Source of the DNA: Nemertoderma westbladi
Lineage: Eukaryota > Animalia > Xenacoelomorpha
Length of the DNA: 59,786 nt
Direction: 5' to 3'
Assembly: GCA_032718475.1 (NCBI GenBank)
Contig: JAUCBJ010005246.1
Span: 1-59,786, forward strand
The position numbers were made by a program, and so were the translations under genes. Positions 15,701 to 28,100 of the stretch are shown here, piece by piece (position 1 is the first letter of the stretch; each line of letters begins with the position of its first letter). Below the pieces are notes generated by a model. The model did no database searches, was not told where the DNA came from, and worked only from the letters and a program-made list of their open reading frames with translations.

Positions 15701-17211
15701 CTACCAACTGCGACAGTGTTGGAATTAAATATCTACCAACTGCGACGGGTGGGGAATTAAATATCTACCAACTGCAACAGGATTGGAATTAAAAATCTAC
15801 CAACTGCGACATGGTTGGATGGAATTAAATATCTACCAACTGCAACAGGATTGGAATTAAATATCTACCAACTGCGACAGGGTTGGAATTAAATATCTAC
15901 CAACTGCGACAGTCTGACAGTGTTGGAATTAAATATCTACCAACTGCGACAGTGTTGGAATTAAATATCTACAAACTGTAACAGGGTTGGAATTAAATAT
16001 CTACCAACTGCCAGTTTTGGAATTAAAAATCTACCAACTGCAACAGGGTTGGATGGAATTAAATATCTACCAACTGCAACAGGATTGGAATTAAATATCT
16101 ACCAACTGCGACAGTGTTGGAATTAAATATCTACCAACTGCCAGTTTTGGAATTAAATATCTACCAACAGCGACAGTGTTGGAATTAAATATCTACCAAC
16201 TGCGACAGTGTTGGAATTAAATATCTACCAACTGCGACGGGTGGGGAATTAAATATCTACCAACTGCAACAGGATTGGAATTAAATATCTACCAACTGCA
16301 ACAGGGTTGGATGGAATTAAATATCTACCAACTGCAACAGGATTGGAATTAAATATCTACCAACTGCAACAGGGTTGGATGGAATTAAATATCTACCAAC
16401 TGCAACAGGATTGGAATTAAATATCTACCAACTGCGACAGAGTTGGAATTAAATATCTACCCAGTACCAACTGCGACAGGGTTGGAATTAAATATCTACC
16501 AACTGCGTTGGAATGACAGTCTGACAGTGTTGGAATTAAATATCTACCAACTGCGACAGTGTTGGAATTAAATATCTACGAACTGTAACAGGGTTGGAAT
16601 TAAATATCTACCAACTGCCAGTTTTGGAATTAAATATCTACCAACAGCGACAGTGTTGGAATTAAATATCTACCAACTGCGACAGTGTTGGAATTAAATA
16701 TCGACCAACTGCGACGGGTGGGGAATTAAATATCTACCAACTGCAACAGGATTGGAATTAAAAATCTACCAACTGCGACAGGGTTGGATGGAATTAAATA
16801 TCTACCAACTGCCACAGTGTTGGAAATAAATATCTACCAACTGCGACGGGTGGGGAATTAAATATCTACCAACTGCAACAGGATTGGAATTAAAAATCGA
16901 CCAACTGCGACAGGGTTGGATGGAATTAAATATCTACCAACTGCAACAGGATTGGAATTAAATATCTACCAACTGCGACAGGGTTGGAATTAAATATCTA
17001 CCAACTGCGACAGTCTGACAGTGTTGGAATTAAATATCTACCAACTGCGACAGTGTTGGAATTAAATATCTACGAACTGTAACAGGGTTGGAATTAAATA
17101 TCTACCAACTGCGACAGTCTGACAGTGTTGGAATTAAATATCTACCAACTGCGACATCGTTTGAATTAAATATCTACCAACTTGGACAGCGTTGGAATTA
17201 AATATCTACCA
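12721..17211. repeat. ~32-bp minisatellite: constant GTTGGAATTAAATATCTACCAAC core plus a variable short linker, roughly 135-140 units
   Basis: Directly visible. Linkers include TGCGACAGG, TGCAACAGG, TGCCACAGT, TGC and TGCGACAGTCTGACAGT. The right end overlaps the stop codon of the carrier ORF. Confidence 0.97.
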
Positions 17212-18189
17212 TATTATCAATGGTTTATATTCATCCTTCACACTCAACCGTTTAACTATTTCATACCCGACAGAGAGAACGCCACCGAACAGTCCACCCC
17301 GTAGCACCCACGGACCCACCCCTTTAGAGACCCAGTAGACACCGTCCTGTTTGACCAGATGGGCCACGGCTTCCCGGACTCCAATCCCGTAAACCTGTGT
17401 GTTCGATCGTACCGCATCTAGGGGAGTCACCACGAAATTACCAATCACGCCGGAAGCTGCACCAGACGCACTACGGAGTATTAAATCCCTGGGAATGTAG
17501 TCGTTCCTTAAATCAACTAGATTATCGACAGTTCCGTAGATAATGTCGTAATTAACCCAGAATAGAACACTTGTGCTCCCGAATAAAAGTATAGTTGGAA
17601 CCAATCCTCTAAAGAACCCCCTAAGCCCTCTAGTCCTCCAAATAAAGGCGACAACATTTCGGAATACAAGATCTCCCATTCCCAACGGTCTTTCGGCCGA
17701 TATTATCCCAGAAGGGCCTTTAGAGACACCGCGAAGTTGTAGGAATTGAGTTATATTGGTAACAGGAAGTTGTATAGTCTGAGAGGCTAAGGAGGCAGCT
17801 AGACCGGAAGCGGCCTGGCAGACTAGGTAACTTGTTTGTCCGTGTATGGAATGCCTGACGGATTCGTAGACGGATATATAGAGAGTCCCAGACAGGGTTT
17901 GGTACTGGTGTACCAGGAAACCCCCATAGTAACCACGGATACCCTCGGTTCGGTAGACCTTGATGAACGCATCCATCCCCGACTGGTACACCGAACCCAT
18001 TCGTTGGATCTGTAACCGTGTTCGCAGGACTTCCGATGGATATAATATCACTCTCGTCATAAATCCGAAGGCTAACTGGTAGGTTAGGAATTTCCCATAG
18101 GTCATGTGGTCTAAGGTTATTGTTTTTATTCGCTCGGAAGTTTCGGTGGGGTGGGGTGGATCCGTGACGGCGACTGAGTTCGCATTCAT
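17206..18189 (-). CDS. SLC25A44: Mitochondrial carrier, SLC25A44-like (single coding exon, 327 aa)
   Basis: Three carrier repeats (YPSEVLRTRLQ..EGIRGYYGG; LPVTNITQ..RGLRGFFRG; TPLDAVRS..DGVYWVSKG). The N-terminal IKTITLDHM..KF and C-terminal GYEIVKRLS...W resemble SLC25A44 as I recall it. Confidence 0.88.
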   Translation of the reverse strand: MNANSVAVTDPPHPTETSERIKTITLDHMTYGKFLTYQLAFGFMTRVILYPSEVLRTRLQIQRMGSVYQSGMDAFIKVYRTEGIRGYYGGFLVHQYQTLSGTLYISVYESVRHSIHGQTSYLVCQAASGLAASLASQTIQLPVTNITQFLQLRGVSKGPSGIISAERPLGMGDLVFRNVVAFIWRTRGLRGFFRGLVPTILLFGSTSVLFWVNYDIIYGTVDNLVDLRNDYIPRDLILRSASGAASGVIGNFVVTPLDAVRSNTQVYGIGVREAVAHLVKQDGVYWVSKGVGPWVLRGGLFGGVLSVGYEIVKRLSVKDEYKPLIIW

Positions 18190-19114
18190 TTTGTAAACGC
18201 GACTTTAACATTTAAGCCAACTACAGTTTAGTTGGTGGTATTAATGTATTAGGCTATTAAACAATAGTCTACCAGTGCACTTGTGGTAGGCCTACCTACA
18301 TACAGTTACCGGTAAGAAAGTTTAGTTAGGCGTACCGGCAGACCGGTAGTAAAAAAAAAGGAAAAAGTTTAAGTTTTCTTCGGCCGTTAGGCCAGGGATT
18401 AGATACCGGTACGTAAAATGTCTCATGACTTTGACTTATTGCCAGTGCGTGTGCGTCCCCCAACTCCACCAGTCAGAACTATACTCCCAGGGCTGCAGGG
18501 GAAAATGGTAGGCCTACACATACAGCACAATGAAACACATACAGCTAACTTAAGCGCTTAAGTATGTAGGTCTATGGCAGATGCGTCCGCGCCCTGGCTA
18601 ATCCCATGTGGAGAAAGTGGGCGTGAATAACGTCATTCTTTCTCATACTGCCAGATGTCTCGGGTAAATGTATGCATTAAATTAAACTTAATAAAAAAAT
18701 ACCGCTCAGCCCATAACGCCAAACGCAGTGAGGCGGGGTGACCTTTGGGAAGGAAAAATTGGACACATGACATAGGCCTATGATGAATGAAACTTGCGGA
18801 GGCTAGTGGCTACTGCATAGATGTTTAGGCCCTACACAGTTTAGCTAGGGCAGTATGGTTTTTAGCCTTTACTGTCTTTACGTGGTTGACAAAACCTATT
18901 CTTGACGAAACTTATTCACCGGCCTGCGCGTCTGCCGGTATAAGTTTCATTTAAAACTACTGTGCGACAATGGAAACGCAGGGTCTTCGACGCGTGGGTT
19001 GTTCCACCAGCAATAATCTGCTAATAACTGAGTAAAATGTGGGTCGGAGGCCCGGCATTCTAATATAACAACTACAGTAGGCCTATAAAGTACAGTTTAA
19101 GTATTATACATTTA

Positions 19115-19560
19115 CACCATGCCCCAGAATATAGTTTCGTAATTCAGTGACACGCCCCCACCCCACCCCCCCCCCCCCCCCCCTCCACCTAATTTTTCTA
19201 CAAATCTTAATGAGATTGCATGAAATTTGAAACAGAGATAGTTTCACCTCCCGACCACTGACTGGGTGAGCCAGAATTTTTATTTTCGCTTTCAATCTTT
19301 AGCTACAAGCGTTTAAAAACAGTGTCTCCAGCGATATTACACCAGTTACACGCAGTTACCTTATAGCTGTTTGTTGGTACCAATGGAAAGCTGTTCATGC
19401 AAGGATTCCAAATATGTAACACAATTTTACACAAAAGATGTAACACAAAAGACGAATTTTTAAAATCGAAAATATTTTTTCCAAGTTTTCAAATACGCTC
19501 TTCAACATAGGCTAGTTTTCAGATAAAATTAAACAAGTCACTTTTGAGGTATTTTGGCCA
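19115..19560. mobile_element. One arm of a Tc1/mariner-type MITE related to the foldback element at 48109
   Basis: TA|CACCATGCCCCAGAATATAG..polyC..ATTTTTCTACAAATCTT is colinear with TA|CACCATGTCCCGTAATATAG..polyC..ATTTTTCTACAAATCTT. The right boundary is approximate. Confidence 0.65.
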
Positions 19561-20037
19561 ACTCTGGCCACTATGCATCAGTTCAACAGCCTCCCCGATA
19601 GGGCTAAATGTCTAAGCATTAAATGTCCTCCCATTTCTTCTATAGGGGCTGTTGCGCTGTCAGTCAGAGAGGTAACAGCCCATGGGGTAATGATTTACCC
19701 ATGGGGCGCTAACTATCAGATAGTCTGATACCAACTGTCAGACAGTCTTTTTCAACTGTCAGATAGATGATCGCCCAGTTACAAGTTGCCCGATAGTTGT
19801 ATTTTTTAAACCCCGAGTGTTGTTGACGGAGTCTGCTACTTCCGAAATCGTTGATCGTGGTGCCGGTGACGGAATTCTGGCTTTGATTAAAAACACAACT
19901 GCTGAATGATGGCGGAATCTACAAAACCCGGCCGAATTCCTAATCCGAGGAGGCGACGGAGTAAATTAAACGTAAACAATGAAACGGTCGCGATGGACAA
20001 TGGAGTCTATTCAAATGTATCCAGAACGATACGATGG

Positions 20038-20345
20038 CGACGGAGTATATTACAGTATTAAACATGCAACCAAAGCGATCAGACGATGGCGAAGTAATCT
20101 ACAAAACAGAGAACGACAGGAAGGCGATGGAGTTTATTAAACCCAGAAGATGGTGCATAGCGAAGCGATCGAGACGGATAACGGAGTCTATTACAGTATT
20201 AAACACGCAACCAAAGCGATCAGACGATGGCGAAGTAATCTACAAAACAGAGAACGACAGGAAGGCGATGGAGTTTATTAAACCCAGAAGATGGTGCATA
20301 GCGAAGCGATCGAGACGGATAACGGAGTCTATTACAGTATTAAAC
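20038..20345. repeat. 147-bp tandem duplication inside the TIR element
   Basis: Two near-identical copies, seen as the duplicated peptide in ORF 20034..20372. Confidence 0.9.
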
Positions 20346-21335
20346 CTGGAACGAAGACGGTGGCATCTATAGGCCTAAACCTGGAACAATGCGAACAAGG
20401 CTACTCTAAAGTTAGACTAGACTGGTTTGTGAGATAAACGAACTCAATACAATTTGCTTTCTTCGAATTCCTAATAATATATTTTAATCTTAATAATAAT
20501 TATTCAACATCAATTATTTTATAAGTCTTGTCAATGTATAAGATTGCTAAAGACTAAAGAACTAACTTTAGGATAATCTGCCTTATATTTTTAGAATTAT
20601 TATAATTAATTTTGTTATGTTTATATAATGAATTGTATCTTTTGACAGACTAGGCCTACTTGATGCGCAACCGTGATAATAAAATTAAATGGTGCCGTAA
20701 TATTTTCACTTAACTGCAGGTAGGGGGGCGCAATCAATATTCTTCTCTCTCCAGGTGAAAATCGACGCAAATAACAGCTTGTTTACTACTAAAATAAAAC
20801 TGCATCCTGTTCTATAGGAAAAAACATTATATGGGAATTATTTTAGCAAGTTGTGTTTATTTTAGCCAATAGACAAGATTACATGTTTACCAAGTTTGGT
20901 ATAATTTAGTCAAAGATTGAAGGACTTACGATTTTAAATAATCAGTGGAGGGTGAAGGCGGCGGGCCAGGATTCAGTTATACTTGAATAAAGAATAGTGA
21001 TTAAACCAATGGATACGCGATATATGGCACTGCTGTATAAGTTTGAATGACTGTTAATTTCGAAACATTTGATTCAAAACTATATAAATTTAATTATAAA
21101 TTTTTTTGTAATAATAATTAACATTTCATTAATTTATTTTTTTTATCTAATCACATTATTAAATAACGAAGCACAGAAATAATACTAAGATTGAATATTG
21201 AATTGAAGGTACAGTACCGAATTAAATATTTGAGATTGCATAAGATAGAGTATTAAATATTGAATATCTTCGGCTGTCATCCCGTTGGTGACTCCATTGG
21301 CAACCATTTCGACAGATTCGATTGGTTTCAGCTCT

Positions 21336-21660
21336 TCAGTCCCCAAATAGACCAATGGTCGGCGTGGTTGCTGTCCCCATGACTGAGTCTGCATTACCAA
21401 CCCAAATTGCCATCTCCACTCCAGGCGCTGGAGCAGAAACTGGTGTGACCGCGGTTTGTGGGTGGGACTGTCTGACTGTGGAGATGAGCCCCGATCTCCC
21501 GGAGGAAGGTGGATGTCTCTGGACCGGGGCGGCCAAAGGCCACGGGGTGAAAGAAATGGCCCCGGTCCACTAGGTCACGATACTTAGAGTTTTTAATGCG
21601 TTCCGCCCCCTCAGCTGAGTGCCCCCCGGCAATGATGGTTTGTTGAAGGCTGGAAGGTGG
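21336..21660 (-). pseudogene. Frameshifted 3' fragment of a CRE-like (restriction-like endonuclease) non-LTR retrotransposon
   Basis: Across frames it reads AEGAERIKNSKYRDL...FFHPVAF-GRPGPETSTFLREIG...QFLLQRLE/MAIWVGNADSVMGT. This resembles the CRE-clade C-terminal pattern AE..K..KY...F.P.A.E..G..G....FL..LG...FL.QRLS.AIQRGNA..V.GT. Confidence 0.7.
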
Positions 21661-22885
21661 CTGGGGGCCAGTGGATCTAGTAATAATTATCACAAATATA
21701 TGATTAGGTAGGCCTACGTGATATTTAGTTTCTCAAACCAAACCTATCCAGCCATTGACGTCCAAATATATCCAATTCTCAATACATACTAATCAGTATG
21801 TAATAATGTACACTGTAATGCAATAATGTCAATGTCCAACCAAACAATGCGTTGAGTGTTATCGGACCAGCCTCTGAGAAATGTTAGGCTAACGGCACCT
21901 CGCTCTGTCGCATCAGTTTTTGTAGTGGTCTAGTTCCAGGCTACCAGAATCCGTTAGTGGATGATATAGAATCAGCACATCCTGACATCTGTGCAACTCC
22001 TGAACTCAGGCGCGAGCATTTTACAGATGGTGGTCTAATTTATATGGTCTTGTACCGCGAAACTGTGTATTATTTACAGATGTAGGCTAAATTTCGGGTC
22101 TTGTACCGTGCACAGTACTGGTGGGCCTACACAGCTACTGCTATTTTGCCTAATACAGGTCCCAGAGGTAAATCTTTACCCCACGGGCTGTTACCTCTCT
22201 GACTGACAGCGCAACAGCCCTCTCTCCATTTCTTTGCTTTTAATCCGTTCAAGCCGAAACTTTGGCAAATTTATACAAGACCACTAGCTGTATCTTTCAA
22301 AGGTGTGTAATCCTTCTGATGTAGAGGGCTAAATATCTGAAAGTGAAATCCTTGAACCATTCGTTATTTATCAGTTTATGATCCACACAAGCTGAAACTT
22401 GCCGGATATGTGCTACTGTAGAACATATTCTGTGACTTTGTGGGACGGTACTCCATCTACATTTCTCAAGTTTGCCGCTAAAGGGCGAAATGTCTGAAAG
22501 TGAAAACCTTCTCTCATTTCTCTATTTGTTATCCGTTCAAGCTGATACTTGGCAGATATACGTCATACTAGGCCATCCATATAGACATAGACCATATATA
22601 CATAGATCCATAGGTCTCTGCGAAGACAGTACAGTAATCCTACGGCAGTTTTCCAGAAATGCCTGAAATGAAAACCTGCGGAACCGTAGTTTCTTCATAT
22701 GATCTATAATAAGATGGTGAAATAAGAACCAGGCTAGGGGAGATAGTCGGGATAGGCGAGTTGCGTATTTTGAGTTTTGTTGTGTATCGATATTGGCTAT
22801 AGTCCTAGGCCTACAGTATCTAATAAATATATGTATTTATCTATACATGTTATTGTATGGTACTGTATGTAGGCCCCTCTTCAGT

Positions 22886-23735
22886 GGATAGTTCTTTTTA
22901 CAGAACACAAGCGAACACACCCGAACACACTCCAAAAACTGCCGAACACAATCGAACACAGTCGAAAATAGAAAGAGCACAAAAAAATAAAACCGGGTAC
23001 CAACTTTTAGATAAAATTAGCCACGCGTTGCTTTTCTATAAGAAAATTCCCGAAATTATTGAATAAAATTGTCGCGAAATTAAATACTAATTTCTTATCA
23101 GGTAGGCCTATCATTTCTTGTGTACTGTTGTACTGTATAACAAACTATGCATGGAAGCCTACCGAGTTCCGTACCTGTCAAATATATAGTAATAGCGGGT
23201 TAGCTAATAGGCCTGTTTGCCTGTGTACTGGAATAGCATGGTCCGGGACTGATTGCTGAGGATATTAATTAGGAAGTTAGGCCCGTTACCGTACGTAATG
23301 TACATGACGTACGCTACAACATGTCGGTACAAACATAGGTACCGGTACCGGTACCGGTACCTACCTGCCTACTGCTGCACTGGAATATAAAGAGCTGGGT
23401 CCCGGGTAGGTACCTACCCTGACAGGTACAGGTAAGGATCTCTGTCCCGGTGCTAACCACACTTAACTTAGGCCTACTACTATGTTAAATTATTAGTTGT
23501 CGGCTTAGGCTAGGCTTGATCTGATAAGAAATGAATATTTAATTTCGCGACAATTTTATTCAATAATTTGGGAAATTTCTTAAAGAAATGCAACGCGTGG
23601 CTAATTTTATCTAAAAGTTGGTACCCGGTGTTATTTTTTTGTGCTCTTTCTATTTTCGATTGTGTTCGGCAGTTTTTGGAGTGTGTTCGGGTGTGTTCTA
23701 CTGTGTTCGCTTGTGTTCTGTAAAAAGATCTATCC
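22886..23735. mobile_element. Mutator/MULE-like non-autonomous element, 850 bp, ~215-bp TIRs
   Basis: TIRs GGATAG(T/A)TCTTTTTACAGAACACAAGCGAACAC...; perfect 9-bp TSD CTCTTCAGT at 22877-22885 and 23736-23744. Confidence 0.9.
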
Positions 23736-24620
23736 CTCTTCAGTAGGCCCATATTATGTAGGCCTCCATCTACCATAAATCAGCAGTTTTTCACACAGTT
23801 TAGAGATTTTGCATAAAATAAAGTTTCTTCAGTAATAATTTAGTATAAAATATTTTCATACAAAACGGGACGAGCGCAACGATGCTTGTAATGAAGACGA
23901 GTAAATGCGTTGACTATACTCCTAAACCACCTGTCTCGCACAGTTTCGAGACATTGTATATATAGTTAGTTATAAAGGTTCCTCAGCCTACGTTTAGAAA
24001 ATATAAAAAAATATATTCCTACAAAACAGCACAAGCGCAACGTTGCTTGAAATTTAAGACGAGTACTGATTAACTATAGGCCTACTGTGGGGTTCTAATT
24101 TAATTCTAATTTAATTTTAAATAAAAATTAATTTATTACATTACCGGTACCGTACTGTAACAAATTTCACTATTTAACTACAGCATCGGCTGAAGTTGTA
24201 CTGATGCAAATTTGCAAATGATATTTTTAAAAACACATGTGTGTTTCAACACGATGTACACAGTAGTATTAATTGTAAATGTATATTTCCCTAAAATAAT
24301 TTAAAATTTACAAAATATATAAAATTTACATCAGTTTTAAATTCACACCAATGACAAAATTTACAGCAGGTAGCAAATGCTGATGTAAATATACAAATGA
24401 CATTTTTAAAATCACATCATTGGCTTTACGGCCGCTTAACTTTAGGATTGGCGGACTGTGAACTTACTTTTGCCATCTACATACCCACGGCATCGGCATC
24501 TACATTTTATTGGTTTTGTATAAATATAAATAAAGCAAAGACTACCGGCCCTTTACTGGACTCACACAGCTAGAGTCCAGGCCCGCTAAGTGGGCCATAG
24601 ATTTAACTGGCCTTGATTTG

Positions 24621-25120
24621 TTATTATTATTATTATTAAACACCTCGTATAATATTTAAAGAGGGAGAAAAGCACCAAGGTTACGTATAACACTAACAGA
24701 TGAATATTTCCTAATTAAAAAACACACGAATAAAATAAGAACTCAAGTAAAATTAAATGCATTAATACATTTATTTACAGGTAAAATTACATACAATAGG
24801 GTCTACTAGTGATACAGTATAATATATTTACAAAGCTCTATTAAATTTACAATACCTCAGTAGATTAACTTTTTTTTACCTTCGAATAAAATATATTATC
24901 TTTGTTCGTCGAGTTTACAACATCAACCGGTAAATTATTCCATATATTATTAACTATTCGATTACCAAAGGAGAACTTACTAATCTGGAGCCTGGAACGT
25001 TGTTGAAACAGTTTGTAATTATGACCTCTCGACCCTGGCCTACTAGCACTTTTGAAAAATATATCATAGTCTAAATCAACAACATTGTTAATTATGCAAT
25101 AAGTCAATTTTAAATCGTAA
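24621..25120 (-). mobile_element. 3' end of a CR1/L2-type LINE (ORF2 C-terminus, 3' UTR, (AAT)n tail)
   Basis: RRIVYDLKLTYCIINN..DYDIFF...SRGHNYKL..RSRLQISKFSFGNRIVN-IWNNLP..VVNS is the typical CR1 ORF2 end. An (AAT)n tail lies at 24621-24638. Confidence 0.85.
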
Positions 25121-28100
25121 ACAATCCTACGTAGGCCCTACTTCTAACGTTCCATTTAACGCTGTTAAACAATCCTACGTAGGCCCTACTTCTAACGTTC
25201 CATTTAACGCTGTTAAACAATCCTACGTAGGCCCTACTTCTAACGTTCCATTTAACGCTGTTAAACAATCCTACGTAGGCCCTACTTCTAACGTTCCATT
25301 TAACGCTGTTAAACAATCCTACGTAGGCCCTACTTCTAACGTTCCATTTAACGCTGTTAAACAATCCTACGTAGGCCCTACTTCTAACGTTCCATTTAAC
25401 GCTGTTAAACAATCCTACGTAGGCCCTACTTCTAACGTTCCATTTAACGCTGTTAAACAATCCTACATAGGCCCTACTTCTAATGTTCCATTTAACGCTG
25501 TTAAACAATCCTACGTAGGCCCTACTTCTAACGTTCCATTTAACGCTGTTAAACAATCCTACGTAGGCCCTACTTCTAATGTTCCATTTAACGCTGTTAA
25601 ACAATCCTACGTAGGCCCTACTTCTAACGTTCCATTTAACGCTGTTAAACAATCCTACGTAGGCCCTACTTCTAACGTTCCATTTAACGCTGTTAAACAA
25701 TCCTACGTAGGCCCTACTTCTAACGTTCCATTTAACGCTGTTAAACAATCCTACGTAGGCCCTACTTCTAACGTTCCATTTAACGCTGTTAAACAATCCT
25801 ACGTAGGCCCTACTTCTAACGTTCCATTTAACGCTGTTAAACAATCCTACGTAGGCCCTACTTCTAACGTTCCATTTAACGCTGTTAAACAATCCTACAT
25901 AGGCCCTACTTCTAATGTTCCATTTAACGCTGTTAAACAATCCTACGTAGGCCCTACTTCTAACGTTCCATTTAACGCTGTTAAACAATCCTACGTAGGC
26001 CCTACTTCTAACGTTCCATTTAACGCTGTTAAACAATCCTACGTAGGCCCTACTTCTAACGTTCCATTTAACGCTGTTAAACAATCCTACGTAGGCCCTA
26101 CTTCTAATGTTCCATTTAACGCTGTTAAACAATCCTACGTAGGCCCTACTTCTAACGTTCCATTTAACGCTGTTAAACAATCCTACGTAGGCCCTACTTC
26201 TAACGTTCCATTTAACGCTGTTAAACAATCCTACGTAGGCCCTACTTCTAACGTTCCATTTAACGCTGTTAAACAATCCTACGTAGGCCCTACTTCTAAC
26301 GTTCCATTTAACGCTGTTAAACAATCCTACGTAGGCCCTACTTCTAACGTTCCATTTAACGCTGTTAAACAATCCTACATAGGCCCTACTTCTAATGTTC
26401 CATTTAACGCTGTTAAACAATCCTACGTAGGCCCTACTTCTAACGTTCCATTTAACGCTGTTAAACAATCCTACGTAGGCCCTACTTCTAACGTTCCATT
26501 TAACGCTGTTAAACAATCCTACGTAGGCCCTACTTCTAACGTTCCATTTAACGCTGTTAAACAATCCTACGTAGGCCCTACTTCTAATGTTCCATTTAAC
26601 GCTGTTAAACAATCCTACGTAGGCCCTACTTCTAACGTTCCATTTAACGCTGTTAAACAATCCTACGTAGGCCCTACTTCTAATGTTCCATTTAACGCTG
26701 TTAAACAATCCTACGTAGGCCCTACTTCTAACGTTCCATTTAACGCTGTTAAACAATCCTACGTAGGCCCTACTTCTAACGTTCCATTTAACGCTGTTAA
26801 ACAATCCTACGTAGGCCCTACTTCTAACGTTCCATTTAACGCTGTTAAACAATCCTACGTAGGCCCTACTTCTAATGTTCCATTTATGGCTGTTAAACAA
26901 TCCTACATAGGCCCTACTTCTAACGTTCCATTTAACGCTGTTAAACAATCCTACGTAGGCCCAACTTCTAACGTTCCATTTAACGCTGTTAAACAATCCT
27001 ACGTAGGCCCTACTTCTAACGTTCCATTTAACGCTGTTAAACAATCCTACGTAGGCCCTACTTCTAACGTTCCATTTAACGCTGTTAAACAATCCTACGT
27101 AGGCCCTATTTCTAACGTTCCATTTAACGCTGTTAAACAATCCTACGTAGGCCCTACTTCTAATGTTCCATTTAACGCTGTTAAACAATCCTACGTAGGC
27201 CCTACTTCTAACGTTCCATTTAACGCTGTTAAACAATCCTACGTAGGCCCTACTTCTAACGTTCCATTTAACGCTGTTAAACAATCCTACGTAGGCCCTA
27301 CTTCTAACGTTCCATTTAACGCTGATAAACAATCCTACGTAGGCCCTACTTCTAACGTTCCATTTAACGCTGTTAAACAATCCTACGTAGGCCCTACTTC
27401 TAACGTTCCATTTAGCGCTGTTAAACAATCCTACGTAGGCCCTACTTCTAACGTTCCATTTAACGCTGTTAAACAATCCTACGTAGGCCCTACTTCTAAC
27501 GTTCCATTTAACGCTGTTAAACAATCCTACGTAGGCCCTACTTCTAACGTTCCATTTAACGCTGTTAAACAATCCTACGTAGGCCCTACTTCTAACGTTC
27601 CATTTAACGCTGTTAAACAATCCTACGTAGGCCCTACTTCTAACGTTCCATTTAACGCTGTTAAACAATCCTACGTAGGCCCTACTTCTAACGTTCCATT
27701 TAACGCTGTTAAACAATCCTACGTAGGCCCTACTTCTAATGTTCCATTTATGGCTGTTAAACAATCCTACATAGGCCCTACTTCTAACGTTCCATTTAAC
27801 GCTGTTAAACAATCCTACGTAGGCCCTACTTCTAACGTTCCATTTAACGCTGTTAAACAATCCTACGTAGGCCCTACTTCTAACGTTCCATTTAACGCTG
27901 TTAAACAATCCTACGTAGGCCCTACTTCTAACGTTCCATTTAACGCTGTTAAACAATCCTACGTAGGCCCTACTTCTAATGTTCCATTTAACGCTGTTAA
28001 ACAATCCTACGTAGGCCCTACTTCTAACGTTCCATTTAACGCTGTTAAACAATCCTACGTAGGCCCTACTTCTAACTTTCCATTTAACGCTGTTAAACAA

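Larger units (their letters stand above)
19646..22220. mobile_element. 2.6-kb non-autonomous DNA transposon with ~55-bp TIRs (GGGC start, possibly PIF/Harbinger)
   Basis: GGGCTGTTGCGCTGTCAGTCAGAGAGGTAACAGCCC at 19646 with its exact reverse complement ending at 22220. No clean TSD seen. Confidence 0.8.

Noticed and set aside
12721-17211. CRISPR array (constant repeat plus variable spacers)
   Set aside because: Linkers are only about 3-17 bp, related to each other and reused many times. There are no cas genes and the context is eukaryotic.
17720-18211. 163-aa overlapping ORF
   Set aside because: Alternative frame of the carrier gene with a non-ATG start and no recognisable features.
23780-24070. 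Diverged ~150-bp direct duplication
   Set aside because: Real but old, with no termini or coding signal, so it could not be assigned.
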